The notes: generated by a model from the sequence alone, not told the origin. Shown: positions 53,801 through 64,000, counted from the first letter of the stretch. The stretch: 64,000 nt of DNA from Antedon mediterranea (GCF_964355755.1 NC_092673.1:12620948-12684947), one strand, 5' to 3'. Made by a program: numbers and translations.

Positions 53801-54295
53801 CTTCAGGCTACGTACGTTTTGATAGTATACCTTAACTGAAGATGTATGAGTATTACCTGGACCTGGATTCGATTCAACATCGCCACTTAAAAGAATACAG
53901 AATGTAACAGTGGAATTAGAATAGAGCAAACGTGGTGCACTGTAGATCTTCCTTGACGGTCTGCTGCTACGTTGGAATGCAACAACACTCGTAGTCGTAC
54001 TGCTTTGACCGCATAGATACAAATTCCAACATTTACATACAACGGTGCTAGGAATGTTGCAGCTTACCGGCTCAGAGTATCCATCGACTGGCCTTAGCCA
54101 TTGATTTCTGGATGAAAATCCCATATTAAAACTTGAAAAATAGAGGCCAAGAAATAAGTTCAAAATAAGTAGCGGCACAAGTAGCCCGGTCGAACACATC
54201 ATGTTGACTACAGTATGCCTACGTTGACTGGCCTAGTATCCACACAATGGGTAGCCTAGCGGAGCTCGATACACGTCCGCTCACAACGAGAGCTG
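50856..54295 (-). mobile_element. CR1/Jockey-group LINE, whole ORF2 (leader-2A-APE-RT) with three frame breaks
   Basis: ORFs 52952..54202, 52639..52977, 52266..52646 and 51042..52259: YQNVRSL, LTETWL, RGGG, FYRPP, GDFNLP, SDH, NYRPISLL, QHGF, YTDFSKAFDSV, SGVPQGSILGP, FADDLKL, RPHLEY; (TAAA)n tail at ~50856-50882. Confidence 0.92.
53858..53920 (-). other. 2A-like (StopGo ribosome-skipping) motif
   Basis: TVTFCILLSGDVESNPG|P matches D(V/I)ExNPGP; lies immediately N-terminal of the APE domain. Confidence 0.85.
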
Positions 54296-54479
54296 ATTAA
54301 GCATTTCCATGCTGATCGAGCATTTCCATTATTATTATTATATTATAGTATGTTGTATTTTCCTTCATTTATTTACTACATGAAAACATTTTTGTAATAT
54401 ATTTGTAAATTTATATTTTAAGTTAGGGTGCCACAGATTAAAAGCTTTGCTTGCTTGTGGTTATCCTGTTTTTCACACT

Positions 54480-55445
54480 TTAATCAAACACAAAGCTGTT
54501 AATTATGTTGAAGTTATTTAACTCAGATAAAACAGAGGGCGATCCATCAGTTGTGTCTGAATATCTTAATTGATGCAGTTTTGTAGCTGTATATACACGA
54601 GCATTTCCATTCCCGTGCCTCTCTCCAGGAGCCAAACACCATGTGCAACCATACGATCCATTGTACTGATGTATATTTTGTCCGATACACCTTGCAGGTG
54701 CATCACATGTAAACATTGTTGCAATTACCTTTGTTCTATGCTTTCCTATGCTATCTTTCCGTTTAAAACCATCTGTTGACAACCTGTTAATTTCAGAAAC
54801 TATCGGTTTTAAAAAAGTGTTCACATTAGGTTTTGAACTTCCAACCAAAGTCCACCAAGAAAGATATTGTTCCTTTTCAAATGATAAGGAAGTTCATTTA
54901 CCATTATTTCTAAGGGCCATAACCCATACTTCGAGGACTTGAACACACTCACACCATCAGTATTCAATGTGATCGTTATATCATATTCACCAAGAGGTAA
55001 TTTTCTATAGAGTCCACCAGCATAAGTATCACATGATTTACGCTGTGTTCCGATTAAAAGATCTTTATTATTGAATAAATTGGACAGCTGTTCCTTGATG
55101 TCAAAGACAATGAAATAATTGCCTTTTCTGAATACAGTCTTCAACACCTCAACCCTGCATTTTTCACATGCCATGTCTTTCATGCCATGTCTTTAAGTCC
55201 AATGTACGATACACATTTTGGGCAATATGCATGATATTGAAGAGATGCCTTAATATCCTTAAAATATTGTTCAAATAAGTAAAGACTTGCTGGAAAAAAT
55301 GTGCCTTTGGGCAAATGACATTGAATAAGCTGTAATAAACTGTGCAACGCCGCTCCACTGGTACTATGCCGTATGATGTGAGACATAATAAGAAGGAGGC
55401 TCTCTCTTCTAGTTATTGAGCAGTCATCATATAATTGATGATCCT
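54480..55445 (-). pseudogene. EnSpm transposase, N-terminal half (frameshifted)
   Basis: YCPKCVSY, YFIVFDIKEQL, ITLNTDGVSVFKSSKYGLWPL..MVNELPY, SKPNVNTFLKP, TCDAPARC..QYNGSYGCTWC, IINSFVFD. Confidence 0.88.
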
Positions 55446-56699
55446 AAAAAATGAAAATAATATCCAGTCTAAGCTCAATTAATAAAGAAGTACATTTTGT
55501 AAATAAAATAAAGTCTTTACAGAAGTAGAAGCAACATTTCTTTCACCGTCAATTTTCAGTGGACTTTCATCATATTTATTTCTAGAATTTCAGCTTGCCG
55601 GTTAAGTGTTCCTTTCTTGCCATAAAATTATTCTTTCATTATTTACTCACAAATTCATTGCTTTCTTGAGACTGTTCATACTCCATTTCAGTTTCAGTAT
55701 CTGTATCCTGCACAAGGAGATGATAAAACAATAATATATAATAAATCATTTTAAATTACATCCTCCAACCTACTTTTAGGCACATATATACCTATCTCCA
55801 TAGTATAAACGGCCTTAACCATGTTGTTGATATAAGGTAGTGATTTAGTTCAATTGTGGATGATGGCTTATATAATATTGGCTATATAACATAAACAATA
55901 TTATTGACTGGTTTATATAATTTGTTTGGACTAATTTACTTACCAATTCACTGATACTTTCAGTGTTGTTAGTATCTGCTGTATCCTACATAAATGATAA
56001 AATAATTTAAGTAGTACTATAAGTTTGAGAACTACATACCCTTTACTATTAATAAATGTGGTAATTTTTTTTTGGTGATTGTTCAGTTCAGAAAATTATC
56101 TACAATTAATTAGCAATTTAAATATTTTGTTTTGGATAATTTACTTATCGTTTCATTGCTACTTTCTTCTCTGTTTTCAATATAAGCATCCTGTATTATA
56201 ATAACAATAATATTAACAATAATAATACTAATGATAATGAAAATTCACAATTTGGCCATCATCCCACCAAGGCAATCTACGAACAGGAAAGTGAGCTTGC
56301 CTTGACAGGAACTAGTAACAGTTGTTCGATCTTATGTCGGGCTGCGACAAATTACAACAGTACTGTACTATGTACATATTCTCTGCGATGTGTCACAGCA
56401 ACAGATAAAACCTTTGGTCTTCAGAGCTCAGCATCCTGTTGTTAGTCCCATAATTCATTTGAAGATATATACCTTGCAGTGGTTTCAATTTTCATTTTTT
56501 CAGTAAATTGAATTTATATAATAAATTTGGATTTATGTATAACATATATAGGCCTAGGCCTATTATATAATTCTCACCTTCACTAACTCGTTGTTTTCTG
56601 TTGATTAGTCAATTAAAAGTTAGGCCTAGTTAGCTGTGGGCCATGTGGATGGAGGTTGCCTCCATCATGATGGGCTAGTAGTAGTAGGCCTAGTAAAGA

Positions 56700-57124
56700 G
56701 ACTGTTTATATTGTATTGTTCATTAGCCTAGGAGGACAATTAAGTCTCTTCGGTATAACTACACACTCATCGTTTGTACTCACCTAATCGTTAGGTTAGT
56801 AACTTGATGGGTATAATTTTGTGTCTTCCTTCCGTTGTGTCTTCGCTTCAAGAGAGCGAATTTTGCCTCTCGCACATTCAACGCCTGGGCTGGTCGTGAC
56901 GTATCTCGCCACTGGCCAGTCCCAGGGCCGGATTCGGGGGTTGAGTGCGCGTAGGCCCGGCGATTGGCTGTGACGTATAGATGACGTAACCACTAGCCAA
57001 TCGCCAGGCACTACAATCCTCTTCGTTTTATTTTCTTGGTTTCCTGCCCCCCTGACTATTCTCGGACTGGTCTTCCCAAGTAAAGGGAGGCAGGTGCATT
57101 TTAGTTCACCGTCAGTGTCTGACA
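56700..57124 (-). mobile_element. Putative 3' LTR of the Gypsy-type element
   Basis: Starts TGTCAG on the minus strand; CpG-rich, with inverted GGCGATTGGCT/AGCCAATCGCC CCAAT boxes around two TGACGT sites; AATATAAA near the end. No clean polypurine tract, and the distal boundary is uncertain. Confidence 0.4.
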
Positions 57125-57129
57125 TTGCT

Positions 57130-57300
57130 GTCCAATTTGATGTTTGATTTCAAGTTCATTTGAAAGTTCTTTTGATTTCCAGTTCCTTTTAAAGTTCATT
57201 TGATTTCAAGTTCATTTGAAGTTCCTTTGATTTCCAGTTCCTTTTAAAGTTCATTTGATAGTTCCTTTGAAGGTGCATTTTGATTTTAAGTTCATTTCTC
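57130..57300. repeat. Degenerate short-period tandem repeat
   Basis: AAGTTCATTTGA / TTTCCAGTTCCTTTT variants reiterated. Confidence 0.8.
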
Positions 57301-58174
57301 CATGGTGGGTCCTCCACTCCTTCCTCTTCTTTCTTTCCTTTTTTTTTTCTTTTTTTTTTTTTTATAACATGGAACACAACGGGGGGCACAGCCCCAACAA
57401 GAACAGGATTTGAAAAAACGGAACACCAGAACGTCAAGGTGGGGGAATTACCCCAACAATTTGAACATATGAAAGCCAACAGGGGACTAAAGAGTCCCGA
57501 ATAAAAAATGTTGCCATAACAATCGAACAATGGGCAATACATACGAACAATTGAAAAACAAGAAAATCAAATCCCTTCAAGCCATGTGGCATAGGGTATC
57601 CATCGGGTTGCTGCCCGGCACCGTGTTCCAGGGAACGCTGGCACCTGACAGCCCCCCGGAAGAGAAAAAATCTGGGGTACAGAATTACAGATTCGAGAAA
57701 AGAAGGCACAAGCCTATTGGGATTGGCAAAAATTTAGCACACAACAGTAAAATTTTGTTCTGGAATTCCAGTATATAGGGCTGACTGTTTGTGTGTATAC
57801 AAAATATTCCAATTATAAGGGAAATCGTCAAAAAGAGACCGCACTGACAATCGTAATTGAAACAAGGGACTTACGGTCCCAGCTAAATAAGTTGAGGACA
57901 TGTTGGACCTCAAATTTTGGGGTGGGAAGAGGATTTGCTCTCCGCCAATTTTTTGGGCGTGCGGTGAACTAAGGACAGACAATTGTCCTGGGGTTACAAA
58001 AATGTTATACGCAAGTACACCAAGAAGGGGTGTACTGTATTTAAGTGATTAGAACGGTGTGGTGTAATAATCGTTTTGAAGAATTGAGTCCTGTTAAAGA
58101 ATTGAGTTCTTTTACTCTCTTTTTTTTTCTTTTTTTTTTTATTCACATTTTTTATTTTATTTTTTTTTTTTTTT

Positions 58175-59766
58175 TTAATAAACCCAAACCAACGGTTCCA
58201 GTGGCGTGATTGTTCTGCTTGTCGTCAGTCCTGAGCTGCCCCATTCTTGTTCCAAGGTCAGCCCGTCCAGGAATACTTGCAGCATTCGGACCGCCGCTTC
58301 CCTTGTCCTTTTGTGGGCTGAGCGTCGGAGACAATCAGCCAGCCGTTGGTTTGCCTTGTAGGCTTCTTGGAGGAGACGTCTGTCTTCGGGCGTCGGTTCG
58401 AGGTGCGTCCCAAGGGCTTCACTCCGACCGGCCTCTGCCGACACTGGTGGTGGTTTGGCCTCGATCTGGATGCCTCCCTTCTCCTGTTGATATTTGGAGG
58501 CGGGTTGGCTCTGTGAGACGCCCCACGGTGAGGAGTGAATCGATCCAAGAGATCGACCATCCCCCCGGGGTTCGCCTCCCAAGCCTCGGCCAGGAGCACC
58601 AATAAACAATGTGGGTATAGCAGCGCCAGTGGACACTGCAGCTTGGTGATGTCTACCCACGTTGCTGGCTCCTCGCATCCCACAGCCCGAGCGGTCGGCA
58701 CAGCGTCACTGCTCCCTCCAAAGTCGAGGCCTGCCTGGGTAACAGGGAGACCACTCCTCTAACAGGTGATCTTTGGATGTGCCCTGTTTCACGGTACATG
58801 CTTTGATAGGGCAGGGGTAGCTCGTCCGCAGCAGTCGTTGCAGCTTCGGTGGTGATGGACTATGTCCCCGACCTCTGGTCTGACTCCTTTCGGCGGTCGT
58901 GTGGCTAGCTTCTGTTGCTCCCGTGGGCGCCACTTGGCGTCCCACTTGAGCCCCAGAGCCAAGACCACCCCGTGGGCGTCCTTGACTGGACTCGTCTCGG
59001 CGATGACTTCCCCAACTGTTATCTGACCGGAAGGCGCGCTTGCTTGGTTGCATCGATTGTCGAGGTGCCGCTTCCTTCAGATGATCGGTGGGCTTCTTAT
59101 ACCTTACGTCCGTTGCCCCAAAGATCGGATCCTCTGCCTGGGCCATCCTCTTCCCGACCAGGCCCCCGACAGACAGGGTGCCGAGGTCTGGGCCCTCCAA
59201 CCGGCAAGTTATTCTATCCGGTCCGATCGTTTGGATCACCCGACCTGCCACGACGCCCCTGGTCAGATCTTGAGCCAGGAGGCAAGCGGTGCAGTCGAGT
59301 GGCTGGCGAGGCGGCAACCCCGCAATATCGATGTTGGTTTCGAACTCGGTGCCATTCTGAAGCCTCACAATGGATCAGTATTTGGCCGCAGCAGGAGCGG
59401 CGATGCTGGCCTCTCTGGTGAGGTGGAAACACTTTCCGCTGGCTGGCGCCTCCCTCTTTCTAGAAGTAGAGGAGACGTCGCTGGCGTTCTTCTTTGTGCT
59501 GGTGGCTCTTCTCGGTTGTTGTCCTCTGCCCCGGGGGCTAAAAGGAGTGCGGCCACGGCAGATGTGTTTGTCGGCGGCGGGCCCTCTCCTTGCCCAGCAG
59601 GCAAGGGGCCGGACCCGTCCCGATGTGGAGAGTCTTCTCCCCCGGAGGGTAGCGGAGTGGTCGCCCTCTCGGAGGCCCGGGCAGGGGCAGGCAGAGAAGG
59701 AAACTCCCTCTCCACTAGCTCTGCCCAGTCCATTGGCGTCACGGCTTCTGAATAACTCTTCTCCAT
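58175..59766 (-). pseudogene. GC-rich extra ORF downstream of the integrase (frameshifted, unidentified)
   Basis: Abutting or overlapping minus-strand ORFs 59365..59766, 58706..59368, 58258..58701 and 58175..58678; Pro/Arg-rich, with a CPIKAC..H motif; starts ~100 bp after the integrase stop. Confidence 0.5.
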
Positions 59767-59865
59767 AATAAAAATCTGAAAAATATAATGAAAAGCACCT
59801 TTCCAATCATGGTGAATATGAATTACAGTGTTAGTCAGCCCGGGGTGAGACGTTTGAATGCGGAT

Positions 59866-60518
59866 CTACTCGGCACACTTGGTACATTTAAATCGATCGA
59901 TATCGATAGTTTCTGCTGGAGTAATGTTGACGCATGCTCCATGGTACCATTCACCGCACAGATCGCATTCGATCATAAAACGCCCCTCCCATGGCTTCCT
60001 ACAAGTACAGTAAAGGCCGTCATCTTCGTCATCCCCGTCGGAGTCGGAATTCGCCAGATCAAGGTTGGTGATCCAATTTGGCAAATCCCGATCCCGGCAG
60101 AGCTTCAGCTTATCGTGGTGGATTACAAATACTTTAATACGGAGACGTACACGGAAGGCATACGGGGCCAGCACCTCAGTGACTACCCCCGGACCCTTCC
60201 ATGGCGCATTCAATTTCTTGTTTTTCCCCTTTATTTTGGTCTGGTCGAACACATAGACTTTGTCCCCGACTGCGTATGTACGCTCTAGTAGCTTGAGGTT
60301 GTATTGATACTTATTGCGCTTTTGCATTGATTTTAGGTGTGTTCTTGCAATATCGTGCACTAACTTCATATTTTCTACTAGGCCAGTGGTGTATGAGTAT
60401 GGATCAGTAATTGTTGTGCCCCCTGAAGAGCCGAACATGAGGTCGGGTGGTGTCGATACCTCCCTGCCCAGCATCATCAGGTTTGGTGTAGATTGGGTAC
60501 TTCGGCATACCGTGGCCC
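59866..60518 (-). CDS. Gypsy-type integrase C-terminus fused to a PHD finger (5' part deleted)
   Basis: RATVCRSTQSTPNLMMLGRE, YAVGDKVYV, KLNAPWKGPGVV (GPY/F module), HHDKLK, acidic linker, then LYCTCRKPWEGRFMIECDLCGEWYHGACV...FKCTKC (C4HC3). Confidence 0.88.
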
Positions 60519-60684
60519 TAATTGGTCAGAAGTTAAATCTATAAAAACTCTATCGATATTTTTATGAAATATCTATAAAGGTTCTATACGAAATCTATCG
60601 AAAAGTTCATCGGAATTATTATAGAATTGTTCCGAACTGTATATAGAGAAATGTTTAGAAACTGTTTAGATATTATATAAGATA

Positions 60685-60735
60685 TATTTATTTTATTTTA
60701 TTTTTTATTTTATTCAATCAAAACCAACAGCGATA
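60685..60735 (-). mobile_element. Extremely 5'-truncated copy of the CR1-like LINE 3' end
   Basis: TTTATTTTATTCAATCAAAACCAACAGCGATA is identical to ~50873-50903; flanked by ATAAGA(T/C)A. Confidence 0.7.
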
Positions 60736-61916
60736 AGACATTCTAAACAATCTCTATACAATTTCTATGAACAATCTATAACAACTCTATTGAAAAGTCT
60801 ATCGGAATTCTATAGAATATATATACAGTAGTAGATAACTGTACTGTACAGAGAAATCTTTAGAAACTCTATAAGAAAGTACAGTATAAAGATATTCTAA
60901 AGAATTTCTAAAGATATTTCTATACAATATCTATACACATTACAATCTATAACAACTCTATTGAAAAGTCTATCGGAATCATATAGAATATTATATAGAA
61001 GATAACTACTGTATAGATAAACCTTTAGAAATTCTATACAAAACTCAACAAAAACTCTAAAGAATTTCTAAAGATATTCTAAAGAATTTCTAAAGCTATT
61101 TCTTAAGCTATTTCTAAAGTTGTTTCTATACGAAATCTAATAGTAAAATATATAGAATTTGTTTATAGAAATTCTATAGATTTTTTTCTTACGGGATAAC
61201 GCCCTCATTACAGCATTAAAACGCCGTATTAGTATAAAATAATTGTTTTCTTTGGTGGAAATGAGCCACCATACTTATCTGACCAATTAGGATTAGGGAA
61301 TTAATGTGGTTTGCTGATTTAATAATATTAATAATGCGCTGCTCTCACAGCATTTATTCGGTCCAATAAAACATGTTGGAAATTCGTTTTTTGTAGACTA
61401 TTTAAAGAACGAATAAATATATAAGAATATTATATACACTATACAAAATTACACAAAAACGTTATACACAATAAATTACTTAAACATAACCAAATTATTT
61501 AGTAACGGTGTTGTTGAAAACTGTAATTGAGAAAATTATTTGTTCGCGCGAATCGAAAGCGTCATGCTATGCGCATGCGTATTCAAGTTTCTGTCTGTCA
61601 TACTCCCTTCTGCGACGAATTCTTGTTCCTTTGATTTTTCGCTTCAGCGAAATTTACTAGTTCGAATTGTTTCTACTTTTTGCGAAGCGAAATATTGGCA
61701 ACCAATCAGAGCTCGGGAAATGAGCTATGACGCTTTCATGAGCACTCGTGCGAATCGAAATGTTCAGCAACCACGCGAGGAACATGTAGGCTATGGGGCA
61801 TGAGCCAAAAAGAGGCCTAGAAAACGAATTTTGTGATCTCCTAACGGGGGGGAGGAAGATATTCACACAGTTTATAGTTAATAATTAGATTAACACAAAT
61901 TCAGCCGGTCCCGCTT

Positions 61917-62933
61917 TCAAAAGTTACGCAATAAGTGTAATTTTAGGTGTAAACAAATCGAATCAATAAATGAAACTCTTGAATAAGTACCTTTTAGATC
62001 TATATTTTTATGTATGAAATGTAGGAGTGTTGCTGTAGTATCCTCTACACCACGATGCGCTTTGTATGCAAACTGCATTGGGTCAAGCTTATTTTCAACA
62101 ACTAGTTTAATCAGACTAGCTACAAACCTCTCAAGACATTTCATAACTAGCGAAGTTAATGCAATGGGACGAAAATCGTTGCTGTCGCCTTAACAGGTGA
62201 CAGCTTTGGAACAGGAACAATAAGTGAGTGTTTCCAAATAGATGGAACAATTTGAAAAATGTGCTGAAAAATATGCCAATTCCGAAGCACAACTTCCAAT
62301 CAGTTTCCACCAAGTCTGTCAGTGCCTGCGGCTTTTTTCGATTTAGTCCTGCGAAAAAGATTTCTTAGCTCATAGGTTATCAATGGGTTAGTCTCAGAAA
62401 CTCAATTTTTACAAATCTCAGTTGATCTACTCTCGAAGTTTGACTCATCAAACATGGTATAGAATTTATTTAAGGATTCCGCCAGGCTTGCTTCATCAAA
62501 CCCGTAGAGCATCTCAAAAGGAGCCTTCTTTTTAGAACCTGTCATCAATCTTATATTATTCCATGCTTTGCGCGTGTTTTTATCCTGAAAGTGTTTTTCA
62601 ACCTTTTTTTAAAATTTATTTTTACTCTTTTTAATACTGTTTTTTAACTGATGTTTTGCTTGTATTAATTTATTTTTATCATTACTTTTGAATGCTAACC
62701 TTTTGTTTCTGAGGAGAGCAACCTTAACGCTCTTATCTACCCACGGTTTATCATTAGGAAAAAGACGGATTCTGTTAGTTCATTAATATCCGCAGCAGAA
62801 TCAATAAATAAATCCCAATTCGTTTTGTCAAGGCAATCTTGAAGGTGTTCAATTCTCTCAGGATGCCATAATTTAATGCGTCTGTCTTGTGGTTTCGTGG
62901 ACTTCAATAGCTGGATCATGTTGTGGTCAGAGG
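61917..62933 (-). mobile_element. Rex1/Babar-like LINE relic
   Basis: SDHNMIQL, LQDCLDKTNWDLF, DFRPIALTSLVMKCLER, LDPMQFAYKAHRGVED, SRVSFID. Confidence 0.82.
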
Positions 62934-63850
62934 CAGTGGTGGCGCCAGCGGGGGGGAATTTCGTCGGGGAATATAATATACAGTAAAAATCATTCGCGTT
63001 CACTTCGTAGCTTCAGCGCCTAGAAAACCGCGACGTTCCATTTTTCTAGTACGTCGGACGGAGAGCTATTACACTTTTTTGAATGCATTATTGCCGGCGA
63101 TCTAATAACTATACAACAACATTTATTCAATATTCAATATTTTACAAAGTTTATGGGTTAAGATACACAGAAGCCAAAGTGGCTTGTCTTTGTAGTCCTA
63201 AGCATAAACATAAAACATATTATACGGACGCATTACATTAACAAAAAATGACATTTTGAGACAGAAAAAGAAAAAAAAACACAAACACAACAAAGTGATA
63301 TTAAGCCAAATGTTTACAACCCCAATTTTGCAGTAGCAATAGTAGCTAGCAATATGTTTCAAATATCATCTTTTTAATATTGTACTTTAGCATAGGGAGT
63401 GAGGTCATGTGATTTTGTTCTAGGGTAGACTGGAGTTTATTCCAGTATGTTGGTCCTTCAATAAAAATTGATCTTTTATTAATTTCTAGTAAACAATAGG
63501 TACGCACTAGCGGTGTCCCTTTGTACGAATCGTTTAACCAGGGAGTTGTAAAATATTACAACTCCCTGGTTTAACATTGGGCCCGGCCCATTGCGGTTTT
63601 ACGCGTGATATCATGTTCCATCCAGGGACCAGAATGTGTACTGTTAGTATCCAGGCGAACTTTACCGAAGCGTTACGTTGTGAACTGTGTATCGACGTAC
63701 GCTATACAGCAAAAGGTTACGAATTATGTTCGCGATCTATTGTTTTTTTATTTACGATTAACCCTGTACCATGGGGTACCTAAAATAGACGTTTCACTGT
63801 AGGCTCGACTAACACTCGCACTAAACAAACATTTTTCCAACATCTTATTA
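62934..63850 (+). mobile_element. Second copy of the hAT-like element, with two nested insertions
   Basis: Starts CAGTGGTGGCGCCAGCGGGGGG; colinear with 35700-36214 except for inserts at ~63110-63484 (LINE-tail-like) and 63539-63568. Confidence 0.65.
63539..63568. mobile_element. 30-bp palindromic micro-element with 7-bp TSD
   Basis: gtttaac|CAGGGAGTTGTAA-AATA-TTACAACTCCCTG|gtttaac; the paralogous site at ~35900-35925 has a single GTTAAAC and no insert. Confidence 0.88.
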
Positions 63851-64000
63851 TAGCTAAGTTATTACATTTCCAATGTCCTGTATGTCATGAACTGCTCATC
63901 ATACATCGAAATTCCAGATTCACATCTGGGAAATAAACTGATTTTCTCCGAAGGAAAATGGTCTACGCTTGCGGACGCATTCCCCTCCAAATAAAAGGTA

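Larger units (their letters stand above)
48469..61195 (-). mobile_element. EnSpm/CACTA element, 12727 bp including nested insertions, 2-bp TSD
   Basis: at|CCCGTAGGAAAA ... TTTTCTTACGGG|at; dense TCTATAGA subterminal repeats at 48480-49030 and 60535-61190; transposase pieces inside. Confidence 0.85.

Noticed and set aside
59866-60015. Host chromatin gene (CXXC1/PHF8/DIDO1) exon
   Set aside because: The PHD is in frame with integrase motifs, with no intervening splice site, and ends at the integrase stop.
58210-60288. Plus-strand ORFs (131-235 aa) in the GC-rich block
   Set aside because: Antisense shadows expected from high GC; recognisable motifs are on the minus strand.
1-64000. Giant virus, Polinton/Maverick or prokaryotic defence system
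   Set aside because: No protein-primed polymerase, packaging ATPase, capsid or operon-like ORF clusters recognised; all identifiable ORFs belong to ordinary eukaryotic TE superfamilies.

Overview
AT-rich eukaryotic (animal) DNA made almost entirely of nested, mostly decayed transposable elements. No bacterial operons, rRNA genes or CRISPR arrays are visible. The TE mix and the abundant TAGGCCTA/CTAG low-complexity tracts suggest a marine invertebrate, possibly an echinoderm (inference only). DNA transposons recognisable from protein motifs or termini: two EnSpm/CACTA transposase relics (one inside a 12.7-kb CCCGT...ACGGG element with an AT TSD at 48469-61195), Harbinger (DDE and MADF), hAT, MULE and IS3EU-like relics, and non-autonomous P-, Kolobok-, Harbinger- and Tc1/mariner-type elements with clear TIRs and TSDs. 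Retroelements: BEL/Pao and Gypsy fragments, L2, CR1-like, RTE and Rex1-like LINEs, and Penelope-like remnants with minimal hammerhead motifs. Most notable observations: (1) a Gypsy-type integrase ending in an H3K4me3-reader-type PHD finger, followed by an unexplained GC-rich extra ORF; (2) a 30-bp palindromic micro-insertion with a 7-bp TSD whose empty site is visible in a paralogous copy in the same window; (3) a LINE ORF2 with a hydrophobic leader and a 2A (StopGo) motif; (4) a (TA)n-embedded element carrying an internal tRNA-Asp-like gene between ~55-bp direct repeats. All family calls come from motifs read by eye, and boundaries of decayed fragments are approximate.
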